NCBI RefSeq assembly: GCF_046119375.1 | Contig: NW_027362768.1 | Location: 168,454,001 to 168,518,000 of the forward strand | Reading direction: 5' to 3' | From: Phyllobates terribilis | Taxonomy: Eukaryota | Length of the DNA: 64,000 nucleotides | Notes under the pieces: model-generated | Databases searched by the model: none | Seen by the model: the letters and a program-made list of their open reading frames with translations, nothing else | What the model was told of the DNA's origin: nothing | Made by a program: the position numbers and the translations under genes | Shown: positions 24,101 to 38,100 of the stretch, one piece after another | Numbering within the stretch: position 1 is the first letter of the stretch | How the letters are laid out: each line of letters begins with the position of its first letter

Positions 24101-27100
24101 ATACAGTATACAACCCTTTATACAGGAGATATATACAGTCCACTATACTAGAGATATATACAGTATACAGGGCTTTATACAGGAGATATATACAGTATAC
24201 AACCCTTCATACAGGAGATATATACAGTCCACTATACTAGAGATATACACAGTATACAGCCCTTTATACTAGAGATATATACAGTATACAACCCTTTATA
24301 CAGGAGATATATACAGTCCACTATACTAGAGATATATACAGTATACAGGGCTTTATACAGGAGATATATACAGTATACAACCCTTCATACAGGAGATATA
24401 TACAGTATACAGCCCTTTATACAGGAGATATATACAGTATACAACCCTTCATACAGGAGATATATACAGTCATCTATACAGGAGATATATACAGTATACA
24501 GCAATGTATACAGGAGATATATACAGTATACAGAACCCTATACTGGAGATATATACAGTATACAGCTCTTTATACAGGAGATATATACAGTATACAACCC
24601 TTCATACAGGAGATATATACAGTCACCTATACAGGGGATATATAGTATACAGCAATGTATACAGGAGATATATACAGTATACAGAACCCTATACTGGAGA
24701 TATATACAGTACACAGACCCCTATACTGGAGATATATACAGTACACAGACCCCGGAGAAATATCTATGTGGACTCACTGCGTCGCTCTCTTGCACATATT
24801 TTGTATACAGCTCCCGGACGTTATCCTTCAGCTTTTTAGGCTCCTGGATGAATCCGACACAATTGTGCAGATCGGTCTTAAAGCGTTTAACCATGGCTTC
24901 CACATCCCGAACCTGCGGACAGGGCAGAATCCACATCACATGATAATGAGAGATCCGGGGATCTTAAATCCACACCTTTATAGAAGGAAACCCGCCATCA
25001 TTACATACGTCACTGGTTACTGCTAGTGCTGCAATGTGAGAATCTAGAACCTGAGAGTTAACAGAAACTGTAATTCTGTCCGCAGCTCTGGATGTGAATG
25101 GAGCAGAGCACATGAGGAGAGGCTGAGGTGAGGCGCTTCACTGTGGATGCCTCCTCTCGTGGCTCATCCTCACCTTCTGCCTTTCCTTCTGCATCTCCCG
25201 CTCGGTGGCTTTCAGCTTCTGCTTCATTTCTGTGATGTTCAGATCCAGTTGTGTGTTCTGCTTATGGAAACGCTCCAGTTCTGCCTCCATCTGATAGAGA
25301 CGATCGGAAACAGATGATTATTCTAATATTCAAATATTATGGGGTGGAATGAAAAAAACCACATGACATCTCACGGTCATTCCATAACTGACGGGGGTGA
25401 CAGAAGGACCCCCTTATATGCTTAGACTTCACCTAAAGGGTTAAACTGCCAGGATCAAATGTGTATGAAAGGATTGGAAATGTAATGCTTCATTTCCCCA
25501 GTAGAGGCGCCGCAAGAAAATTAAACACTTGCTGTCATGTCTTCCCAGAAATGATAGATAATCACGGATGGGGTCCCAGAAGTTTCATTAGTTTATCTTT
25601 AAGGGACTTTTCTAATAAAATAAGATTGTATAAAAAGTGGGGGACCACTTTAAAGGACATGAGCATTTTTATATTGTACTTAAATGGATGAATTTTTGCA
25701 ATTAGGTTTCATACAAAAATGTAGCACAGTTTGGCTTTCGGGCTGCATATTGGGCTAACTGAGAATGTATCAGTGGGCGCATTCTAATGGGGAGTCTGGA
25801 ACTCACTTATCTGTCTTTTTATGAACTCTCTGTTGATTCATGACCACATAACAATTCACCTGAACTTTGATGTGGTCATTTATCAGCTGAGAAGAGCTTA
25901 GAAAAAAAACAGATAAAAGAGTTAGAAACTCACTGTCAGAACGAGCTCACTGATGGATTTTCAGTTAACTCACTTAATTCATTCTGCAGCCAGCAATGAG
26001 CAGAGAAACGAGGAGCCTGTAAAAGCCAAATAGTGCAACACTTTATAATGAAACCAAACTGCAAAAAATATGTGTTACCCCAAAATACATGTATTTAAGA
26101 TAAAAAAAAGGCTGGTTTCAGCCAAAAGGAGGATTTGAAATAACAGAGATAATTCCTTCCTATACATGTTCCCCAAAAAACTGCAGGTGTGAATCCATCC
26201 TCTAAGAACATAAAACTTCTGATTAGCTGCAAGGAGAAGGTCGGGTGACGCGTCACCTCCTGGATCTGCTCCTTCATCTCCTTGATCTCGTTTTCTCGGG
26301 GCTCGATCTGCTTCTTCAGTTCCTTGATTTTATAATCCAGAACGAACTTGAATTTCTCCAGCTCCTGGTTCTTCTTCTTCAGATCGTAGATTCTCTTCTC
26401 CTGGAGACATTGAGATGTCAGCTACAAAATGTTCCTAAAACCACTTCTATACAACGGAGACTCCTTGTAACAACCCTTCAGCCTGTGTGAGCAGCTTTAC
26501 TCCCAGTACGCAGAGTTTGTGACTGTACTGCGGTGGGAAGATCTGCTGGTTCTCCTCCGGCCAGGACTCACCTTGTCCTGTATGGTCTCATCCCTCTCCT
26601 GAATCTCTCTCTTCAGCCCCTGAATGTCCTTATCCAGAGACTTGATGACACCCTGCAGCTTCTGCTCCTCCGTCTTCAGTTTCTCGATGTCTGACGCCCG
26701 CTCTTCAATGTCTTTCTGTAGACTGCTGAACTACAGTGGGAGAAATGGATGAGGATTACTTGTAAATTCCTTGCATGATTATATTTTATATTTCGGTTGC
26801 ACTCACACAGACATTTCAACAAAATGTAAATCTGCAGCGGAAAACTATGCAACAAATTGTGCATTTTTTGCTGTGGATTACGCTGCGGAAATGCTGCAGA
26901 TTTCACCCCTTGCATTGCAGCCACACAAACGGAAACACTGGAGGCTGCTGCAGGTTCCGGACTTGGCATTTATACATAGTATAATATGGAAATGTTTTAC
27001 CTTTTTCCTCATAATTCCACTCTCCCCCTTTAGCCGCAGGGAATTTTCCCTCTCCTCCCGCAGACGCCGCTCATATTTTATCTTGATGTCCTGGATCTCC

Positions 27101-29081
27101 CGGTCTCCATCCTCTTCTATCTGCTTCTTTGTTTCTTCAAATTCCCTCAGCTGCTGACGCGCTTCATCCTGAGTCTGAGGAAAGTGGGAAATGTTTTGTA
27201 ATTATCCGGCCCGGTGACCACTGAGAGAAGTTCCCTGTAGTCCTCTGTACCAGACATGGACGGCATTCCCACCAGCATTGACGTTGCTACACAAATCAAT
27301 AAAAGTGAAGTTCTGTCTGCAAATGTCGTGGAACACTGGTAAAATATGTCCAATCCCTTCATATACTCCCTGACCACTGGGTATCTAAGGCAACTTCTGG
27401 TTTATGTGTGAAAATAGTACAAAAAAAAAGTTCAACAACTTTTGAAAAAGTTTTGGGCTACAATTCCTCACTAATTAAAAAATTTCCATTTTCTGTCAAT
27501 GAATGAGAACACAGAATGTCTCCACCAGGAATTGCCTGCTGTTATTGCATTCATCTCCAAAATGACAGGTGCCATCTACCTGGCTGTTATGTAACCCAAC
27601 ATTTTATGAAAATTGTTACCTATCCACAGGGTAGGTGATAACTTTCTTTGCTACAAAGACCCCCAGCCAAGCACTGTTCTCAGATATGGCTACCAGTCAC
27701 ATAGACAATGAATGGAGAGGTGGTGATCAGATGGGAGCATTGCTCCATTCACATGCTATCTTGCATTTATGATACAACCCCTTAAAATTTGGGGCATTTC
27801 CAAACACAGCGCCTGGCAATGAGTGGTGCAAGCTGTACTGTAGGTCCCTTTGTTTTAGATATTAGAGCTGGTCCCCGATGCCAGACCCCATGATTAGACA
27901 TATTGTCATCATAAGAAAACCCTTAAGCCCCCGTATACTGTAGATAGCTGTCAGTCACTATCTCGCCCAACTTTCCCATACTCGCTCTGCTGAGTTGCTG
28001 CTAAACATTTCTGATGGTAACTTATCTCTAGAGAACAAAAAGATGATCAGTCTAAAATCCTTATCCTCCACACACATTAGACTGTCGGCCGAACCCACTG
28101 GTATCAATGGGTCTATCGGACGTAAGTCTGATGTGTATGGGCTTCTTTAGGCTGCAAAGAGACATGTATGAAGGAGAGTAAGTGGCCCTCACCTGCTGAA
28201 GCTGAGACGTCTTCTCCTGGAGTTTAGCCTCGTAGTGTTCGGTCAGTTCCTCCAAGGCCTGGGTCTTACTCTCCTCCAGCTCATGCAGCTGCCGCTCATC
28301 ATCCTCCTGCATCCGCTGCGATTTTACCTGCAGTTCCTGATACTTCTCATACTCCAGCAGCAACTTCTGGTTGTTTGCTGCCTCTAAAAAGAAAAGTGAG
28401 GAACCCTCAAAATCAGCCAAATACAAGATAGCAAATGATTGACAACTATCACCTCCAACTTTCCATTAGCATCTGCGCTTAAAGCTCATTCAGAAAGCAA
28501 TGATTTTTCTCATACACAAAAAACGGTCTGAGGGAATATTCTTGTTTCCATCTAACGTTGACAGATTTATTACTTCTTACATCGGAGGCTTTGCTACAAT
28601 TGCATCCAGTCTAGATCGTTCTCTGTGAGCTATAACCTGGACCCCAGAATTAATGACGCCGGGCTATACTGGCAGCTATATTGGTTGTCCCTAAGCTTTC
28701 CCAGTATAATATATAAGAAAATAAATAAAAAGAATAAAAAAACAGAAAATGCTTACACATGTATGGTTACAGATGACCTTTTAATTTTAGAGGGAATTCA
28801 CAAAAATTACAAAAAGATATTTGAAGACAAATATAAACTCTATCTATTATCTATCTATTATCTATCTATCTATCCATATATCTATCCAGCTATCATCTAG
28901 ATATCTATTATCTATCTAGCTATTAACTATCCATATATCTATCCAGCTATCTATTATCCAACTATCATTATATCTATTATCTATCTATTATATCTATCTA
29001 TCCATCAAATATCTATCATTCTATCTATCTATCTATTAACTATCCATATATCTATCCAGCTATCATCTAGATATCTATTAT

Positions 29082-29115
<34 letters not shown>

Positions 29116-32100
29116 CCACCACCAATATGTATCTGTGTGATGATGTTTCAGTCCTCAGATATCTGATGTACATACACCATGCTGTACCTAGATCCTGCAG
29201 CTCCTGGGAATGTCTTTCTAGGACATCGGATAAATCTTCTTGATGTTTCAGTTCTTGTTTCTCGGCTTCAGCTTTCAATACCTGAATGATGGGAGTGATG
29301 GTGATACAGTTATATGAAAAAGTTTGGGCACCCCTATTAATCTTAAGCTTAATGTTTTATAAAAATTGGTGTTTTTGTAACAGCTATTTCAGTTTGATAT
29401 ATGTAATAACTGTTGGACACAGTAATGTTTCTGCCTTGAAATGAGGTTTATTGTACTAACAGAAAATGTGCAATCTGCATTCAAACAAAATTTGTCCGGT
29501 GCATAAGTATGGGCACCTCACCAGAAAAGTGACATTAATATTTAGTAGATCCTCCTTTTGCAAAAATAACAGCCTCTAGTCGCTTCCTGTAGCTTTTAAT
29601 GAATTCCTGGATCCTGGATGAAGGTATTTTTGACCATTCCTCTTTACAAAACAATTCCAGTTCAGTTAAGTTTGATGGTCGCCGAGCATGGACAGCCCTC
29701 TTCAAATGATCCCACAGATGTTCAATGATATTCAGGTCTGGGGACTGGGATGGCCATTCCAGAACATTGTAAATGTTCCTCTGCATGAATGCCTGAGTAG
29801 ATTTGAAGCGGTGTTTTGGATCATTGTCTTGCTGAAAGATGCATCCCCTGCGTAACTTCAACTTTATCACTGATTCTTGAACATTATTGTCAAGAATCTG
29901 CTGATACTGAGTGGAATCCATGCGTCCCTCAACTTTAACAAGATTCCCAGTGCCGGCATTGACCACACAGCCCCAAAGCATGATGGAACCTCCACCAAAT
30001 TTTACTGTGGGTAGCAAGTGTTTTTCTTGGAAAGCTGTGTTTTTTTGCCGCCATGCATAACGCCTTTTTGTATGACCAAGCAACTCAATCTTGGTTTCAT
30101 CAGTCCACAGGACCTTCTTCCAAAAAGAAATTGGCTTCTCCAAATGTGCTTTTGCATACCTCAGCCGACTCTGTTTGTGGCATGCTTGCAGAAACGGCTT
30201 CTTTCGCATCACTCTCCCATACAGCTTCTCCTTGTGCAAAGTGCGCTGTATAGTTGACCGATGCACAGTGACACCATCTGCAGCAAGTTGATGCTGCAGC
30301 TCTCTGGAGGTGGTCTGAGGATTGTCCTTGACTGATCTCACCATTCTTCTTCTCTGCCTTTCTGATGTTTTTCTTGGCCTGCCACTTCTGGCCTTAACAA
30401 GAACTGTCCCTGTGTTCGTCCATTTCCTTACTATGTTCCTCACAGTGGAAACTGACAGGTTAAATCTCTGAGACAGCTTTTTGTATCCTTCCCCTGAACA
30501 ACTATGTTGAATAATCTTTGTTTTCAGATCATTTGACAGTTGTTTTGAGGAGCCCATGATGCCACTCTTCAGAGGAGATTCAAACAGGAGAACAACTTGC
30601 AAGTGGCCACTTTAAGTAGCTTTTCTCATGATTGCATACACCTGGCTATAAAGTTCAAAGCTCAATGAGGTTACAAAACCAAAAAAAGTGCTTTAGTAAG
30701 TCAGTAAAAAGTAGGTAGGAGTATTTAAAACAAAAAAATGATAAGGGTGCCCATACTTATGCACCTGTCAAATTGTGTTTGAATCCAGATTGCACATTTT
30801 TTGTTAGTACAATAAACCTCATTTCAAGGCAGAAACATTACTGTGTCCAACAGTTATTACATATATCAAACTGAAATAGCTGTTGCAAAAACACCAATTT
30901 TTATAAAACATTAAGCTTAAGATTAATAGGGGTGCCCAAACTTTTTCATATAACTGTAACTGAGCGTCCATCAGATGATGAGGATTATTGGGTGCGGGTG
31001 GCGATTTTCATACCTGGTTTGTTGTTTTCAGAACCTCCATTTCCTGGATGAACTTCTCCGTTAGTTCCTTTAATTTCTCATTGTAGTTCATGTCTTTCAG
31101 TCGCAGCTGATACTCGCTCTCCATCTTCAGCTCCTCCACACGTGTCTTCAGCTCCAGCATTACCTGGTTCTATATCCAGATACAAGTACAATATATTACT
31201 TGGAGATATGACTCCATGTGCAACTGGGCAAGAACAGTATAGTAATCGTCTGGTTTATAATGCTCAAAGACTCGAAAAAAAAAAAAAAAAAAGGACATAT
31301 ACTCCACCATGGACAATCCCTGGACAATGTGCAGATCACAAAGTGCCTGCTTCTTAGACCCCCAGAGGAGAATCTAACAGTACATATTCATTTTTTCCTG
31401 CAGCGCCACCACAGGAGAAATTCAGTATTCCACAGCATCCAGTGCCCACATCAATTCAAGTATAACTCCTATCATTCACATAGATGTAAAAATAGATGTA
31501 TAGCGAATCTCCTGGGCAGATGTATACGGTGGTGACATGGAACCTCACCTTCTCCTCCAGGTCTGACTTGGTAATCAGGACTTCCTCTGCATATATCAAA
31601 TCCTTATCTCGCTTCAGGCCTCGGCTTTCTTTGTCCGAAATTTTCCACACCATAAGACACCCGTCTTCAGATATGGACAGGAGGTTCTGGTCATCGTATG
31701 TCACCATTAGCTGGAAGTCAAACAAGACCATTATGTTGCAATAATGCCATATTTTCAATACTGCAGTACATGGGGTGAAATCCACAAACATAACCTTACA
31801 TGCAAGGAGGGCAAAAAGGGCCAAGAAATGATGCTATGTGCCTAGACAGTGGAGGGATCTGTCAGGATATCCTCCCTACATACCCTAAGCTAAAGAGTTT
31901 GTAACATTTTGACTGACATGACGTACAATGGACAGAAGTCGAGCTCTTACCCTGGTGACCGGACCGGCGTGTGCCTGGTACTCATTGTATTCCCTATGAA
32001 GAGGTAGTGGGTATTTCATGGAGCGCACGGTACCGATGGATGTGCCAGTGAAAACCATGCGTCCAGAATGAGAGATGGCAACCGCGGTATAGGTGACATC

Positions 32101-35100
32101 GAAGGAGGAGGCTTCCCGTGACACCTGAGATGGACAGAGATGACAGCACAAGATGATGTCTATACCTCTATACATATACATTCCTTTAGACCTGGTCATC
32201 TGGGGCCATGATCACCACCCTCTCTACACCAGGACCTGGATCCCTGATGATGACATTGAGATGCTAAAACTTCCTCGCTCACTAATAGAGTTGATCCTGG
32301 AGATCCGCACTGCTCTGGTCTGGCGTCCAGTCTGGAGCTCTGTGCCAGCCAGACCAGGGTGGTCTTCACTTCTGTCCCAGCATGTTGGGCGTCTCTGACA
32401 TCATGACATTGAGTGATGTCTAGTCACTAGGCCTCACGAAACATCATGAAGTGCGACACAAGACGATGTCATGACGTCAAGAGGCCACAGGCTCCCATGA
32501 TGCCAGGCCAAAAATACCAGCTGGAGAAGTGAAGATTGCCCTGGTGGACAGGACCGGACGCTGGATCAGGGCAGAGTGAATCATTTTGCTCAACTCTACT
32601 CAGTGAGTATCAGTGTCCGGTGACTATGTATACTGCATCCTTACCTGTGAGTCACTAATCTCCTTCAGCGTTTGGTCAGATCCAACAGCGAAGATGATTT
32701 TGGAGTCAGGGGACAGGGCCACGCAGCTGTAGTTGCAGGATTTCAGCACACACTCGGACTCCCTCTTTCCAGTCAGCGAGTTCCACTCATAAACTGCTCC
32801 ATCCAGGCCGCAGGATACCAGCTTACTGTCATCGGCACTCCAGACCACAGAGCGCACCTGTCACATGAATGGCGGCATTTAGTGGAGTTATTGGCATTGG
32901 TTAAGGTGACGGAGAAGGGCGACATCAGGATCAGACGTACCTTTCCGTTGTGGCCTTTCAGGTTGATTACATTCTCGAAGGTTGTTGTGGAGTAAATATG
33001 GATGACGTTGCCATTCACAGCCGCAAAGAGGTGTCCTCCATGACTAAAGACGCACTGTAATGAGAGGGTAAGGTGAGACACGGAGGCGGTGAATGGAGAA
33101 TGTGGCAGGGACAGACTTTAAAGCAATTTCATGTCATAGTTGTGACTCTTTAGATGTGATGGCACCAATCTGCGCTTTTGCATCACCCTGTGCATGTGCT
33201 GCAAGAAGATTCTGCTTCAGAATTTATCTTATAAATTAAGAAGGAGACATCAGAGGCAAAAACAATAAAAAAAACAAGCAGTTGGGGCAATATGAAAAAC
33301 CACTGTTAGTTTATGCAGACATTATCTATATAAGCCCTTTGGTCTTGGTTTACTTAAACTGAGCTTTATTATTTAAGGTATTGTCCCCGGTGCACATCTT
33401 AACTTCTGAGTACAACTCATCTGTGTGTTCTTGGCTATTAGGCCCTCTGGTTGTATTGGGCCATTAGTCTGTTTTCTAGAGCGTCGCTCTTTTTTATATA
33501 TTCTCTATGTGTGTAATTTAGCAATTTTTAAATAGTATATATTAAAAGTTATATTTTATTATTCCCACTTTTTGCTTCCTTCAGTCAAAAGCAATAAGAA
33601 TATGGCAGATCGGAAAACCTGCAGCATGTTCATTTCTCACAGGGATGTAAAGTGTCTAATTTTAATGCCATCCTGACGCTTTCTTTCAATCAAAATGTAG
33701 ATGTAGATAATCCCTTTAAGTAAATGATCAGGAGCTGCCTACATCTGAATAAGGTCTACAGAAATGATGACGATTCAGAAACAAGTGCATTCACATGTAT
33801 GGAAACGTACTGTAACGTTAAACATAATAAGGTGGTGACTTATTTGTCACTTCTGCAAAAATGATTGCTGCAATGTAATACAAATATTTCTGTAAAAAAA
33901 GAATCATAATGAACAAGCATTGTCCTGCTGTAATAGATATAGCCTAACTGTGCTCCACCACATGCAGAATATGCATCACCTCTTTACATCCGCGGACTGT
34001 GAATTCTTTGAACATCCGGATATCGTCAATCAGCAAATTCATTAGTCGTAACTTATCAGAAAATCCCACCAGCACATACAATCCAGATGGGTGCAGCGAG
34101 ATACTGTACGCCTCCTCCTGGAAATCCTTGTACAGATCCAGAGAGCTGAGAATCAACCGGACAGAATCATTGCAGGATGAAACTCACCTAAAACCTTCTG
34201 CATAACAACCTCAACCAGGGGCCATGTTACCTGTGCACCGAGCGCTGATACACCCAACTGAGCCCAGTAATCACACATGATCAGGAGCTGCCCCTGCTAC
34301 ACTGCCCAGAGATTCTACTCCAGTCTCTATGTTACATCCTGTATTATACTCCAGAGCTGTACTCACTATTCTGCTGGTGCAGTCACTGTGTACATACATT
34401 ACATTACTGATCCTGTACTGATCCTGAGTTACATCCTGTATTATACTCCAGAGCTGTACTCACTATTCTGCTGGTGTAGTCACTGTGTACATACATTACA
34501 TTACTGATCCTGTATTGATCCTGAGTTACATCCTGTATTATACCCCAGAGCTGCACTCACTGTTCTGCTGGTGCAGTCACTGTGTACATACATTACATTA
34601 CTAATCCTGTACTGATCCTGAGTTACATCCTGTATTATACTCTAGAGCTGCACTCACTATTCTGCTGGTGCAGTCACTGTGTACATACATTACTGATCCT
34701 GTACTGATCCTGAGTTACATCCCGTATTATACTCCAGAGCTGCACTCCCTATTCTGCTGGTGCAGTCACTGTGTACATACATTACTGATCCTGTACTGAT
34801 CCTGAGTTATATCCTGTATTATACTCCAGAGCTGCACTCACTATTCTGCTGGTGCAGTCACTGTGTACATACATTACATTACTGATCCTGTACTGATCCT
34901 GAGTTATATCCTGTATTATACTCCAGAGCTGCACTCACTATTCTGCTGGCGCAGTCACTGTGTACATACATTACATTACTGATCCTGTACTGATCCTGAG
35001 TTATATCCTGTATTATACTCCAGAGCTGTACTCACTATTCTGCTGGTGTAGTCACTGTGTACATACATTACATTACTGATCCTGTACTGATCCTGAGTTA

Positions 35101-38100
35101 CATCCTGTATTATACCCCAGAGCTGCACTCACTATTCTGCTGGTGCAGTCACTGTGTACATACATTACATTACTAATCCTGTACTGATCCTGAGTTACAT
35201 CCTGTATTATACTCTAGAGCTGCACTCACTATTCTGCTGGTGCAGTCACTGTGTACATACATTACATTACTGATCCTGAGTTACATCCTGTATTATACTC
35301 CAGAGCTGCACTCACTATTCTGCTGGTGGAGTCACTTTGAGTACACCTCTGAGTTGTAATACAGGCTGTAACCCAACCACAAGACAACATAAATAAAGTG
35401 TCTACAAAGTGACTGAACTGTTTATGTAGATCGATACAAAATTTGGTAAGTTGGTAGGTAATGAGAAAGGTGTAGAAACAGATTTCTGTTACAGAAGGGG
35501 TGCACGCAGAAACCATGGAGGGGGGTAGATATAGGGTGACAGTACTTGCTCTCGTAGTTCCAGATGCGGACAGAGTGGTCCAGTGAGCAGGTGGCGATCA
35601 GAGGTTTGCGGATACAGACGCTCAGGCCTGTGATGGCGGAGGAATGCCAGGGCTCGGTCAGGTATTCGAAGTGAACGTCTTCACCCTGCAAGTGAATAGC
35701 AAGAAGGTGATCAGAGAGAAATCACCGAGGATAAGATCAGCACAATAACGGACTGTTGTCTGGTGGATATTATATAATATACAGTACAGACCAAAAGTTT
35801 GGACACGCCTTCTCATTTAAAGATTTTTCTGTATTTTCATGACTATGAAAATTGTACATTCACACTGAAGGCATCAAAACTATGAATTAACACATGAGGA
35901 ATTATATACTTAACAAAAAAGTGTGAATCAACTGAAAATATGTCTTATATTCTAGGTTCTTCAAAGTAGCCACCTTTTGCTTTGATGACTGCTTTGCACA
36001 CTCTTGGCATTCTCTTGATGAGCTTCAAGAGGTAGTCACCGGAAATGGTTTTCACTTCACAGGTGTGCCCTGTCAGGTTTAATAAGTGGGATTTCTTGCC
36101 TTATAAATGGGGTTGGGACCATCAGTTGTGTTGTGCAGAAGTCTGGTGGATACACAGCTGATAGTCCTACTGAATAGACTGTTAGAATTTGTATTATGGC
36201 AAGAAAAAAGCAGCTAAGTAAAGAAAAACGAGTGGCCATCATTACTTTAAGAAATGACGGTCAGTCAGTGCGAAAAATTGGAAAACTTTGAAAGTGTCCC
36301 CAAGTGCAGTTGCAAAAACCATCAAGTGCTACAAAGAAACTGGCTCACATGAGGACCGCCCCAGGAAAGGAAGACCAAGAGTCACCTCTGCTTCTGAGGA
36401 TAAGTTTATCCGAGTCACCAGCCTCAGAAATCGCAGGTTAACAGCAGCTCAGATTAGAGACCAGGTCAATGCCACACAGAGTTCTAGCAGCAGACACATC
36501 TCTACAACAACTGTTAAGAGGAGACTTTGTGTAGCAGGTCTTCATGGTAAAATAGCTGCTAGGAAACCACTGCTAAGGACAGGCAACATGCAGAAGAGAC
36601 TTGTTTGTGCTAAAGAACACAAAGGAATGGACATTAGACCAGTGGAAATCTGTGCTTTGGTCTGATGAGTCCTAATTTGAGATCTTTGGTTCCAACCACC
36701 GTGTCTTTGTGCGACGCAGAAAAGGTGAACAGATGGACTCTACATGCCTGGTTCCCACCATGAAGCATGGAGGAGGAGGTGTGATGGTGTGGGGGTGCTT
36801 TGCTGGTGACACTGTTTGGGATTTATTCAAATTGAAGGCATACTGAACCAGCATGGCTACCTCAGCATCTTGCAGCGCCACAGCATCTTGCATCCGGTTT
36901 GCGTCTAGCTGGACCATCATTTATTTTTCAAGAGGACAATGACCCCAAACACACCTCCAGGCTGTGTAAGGGCTATTTGACCAAGAAGGAGAGTGATGGG
37001 GTGCTACGCCAGATGACCTGGCCTCCACAGTCACCAGATCTGAACCCAATCGAGATGGTTTGGGGTGAGCTGGACCACAGAGTGAAGGCAAAAGGGCCAA
37101 CAAGTGTTAAGCATCTCTGGGAACTCCTTCAAGATTGTGGGAAGACCATTTCCGGTGACTACCTCTTGAAGCTCATCAAGAGAATGCCAAGAGTGTGCAA
37201 AGCAGTCATCAAAGCAAAAGGTGGCTACTTTGAAGAACCTAGAATATAAGACATATTTTCAGTTGTTTCACACTTTTTTGTTAATTATATAATTCCAGAA
37301 GTGTTAATTCATAGTTTTGATGCCTTCAGTGTGAATGTACAATTTTCATAGTCATGAAAATACAGAAAAATCTTTAAATGAGAAGGTGTGTTCAAACTTT
37401 TGGTCTGTACTGTACATCCATCAATATCTACATCCTTCTTCACTTGATTGCTGGTAGCTCGGATTAGACATTGATGTAGATGATGATTTCGACACTGATT
37501 GTTCCCCATCACAACATTGCGCATGTCAGGAATTCTTCATGACCGGATGCATCTTATACAAATAGGCCCAACGCACCTTCAAAGTCAGTGACAGTCTTCA
37601 TCTTTACAGAGGAGGACCACTATGGGGACCTACTGTGTATTCACTGCAGAGTAATGAGGCTGCACAGCCTCGCCTTACCTTAGTGATGTCCGCAGAGGAT
37701 AGAGCGATGCTGCAGAGCTGGCTCCTATCTGTACTGACGGTAACCGTCTCCTCGGACGGGCTCAGACACATGCACAGAATCTCCTGCTGCTCAGAAAGAC
37801 CCGGATCATTGTTATTCTTATCCTGTGGGATCTGCCGGGGAAAGATAATATTGTAAAATGTATAATATAAGTCACTCCGGCTGCCATATTGGTCACCGGA
37901 CAGCATCTTCCATACTGGTGTCAGCTACTCCAGGCTCACCCTAATGTTTCGTCCTCTCTTATATAATTCGCGATCTTCCACTTTCTCAAACATGCAGACG
38001 GTGCCGGGGCCGCCGGAGCACAGGAATCCCTTAGAATAGGGCAAAATGGAGTAGATGTGTAATGGGGATGACGTGCTGCTGCCAAAAGCAGAGAGGATGC

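Noticed and set aside
21999-24839. Tyr/Ile-rich ORFs
   Set aside because: They are translations of the 33-bp AT-rich minisatellite.
30558-30602. 355-aa version of the Tc1 transposase
   Set aside because: The ORF track opens at a non-ATG codon; the true start is the ATG at 30557, giving the canonical 340 aa.
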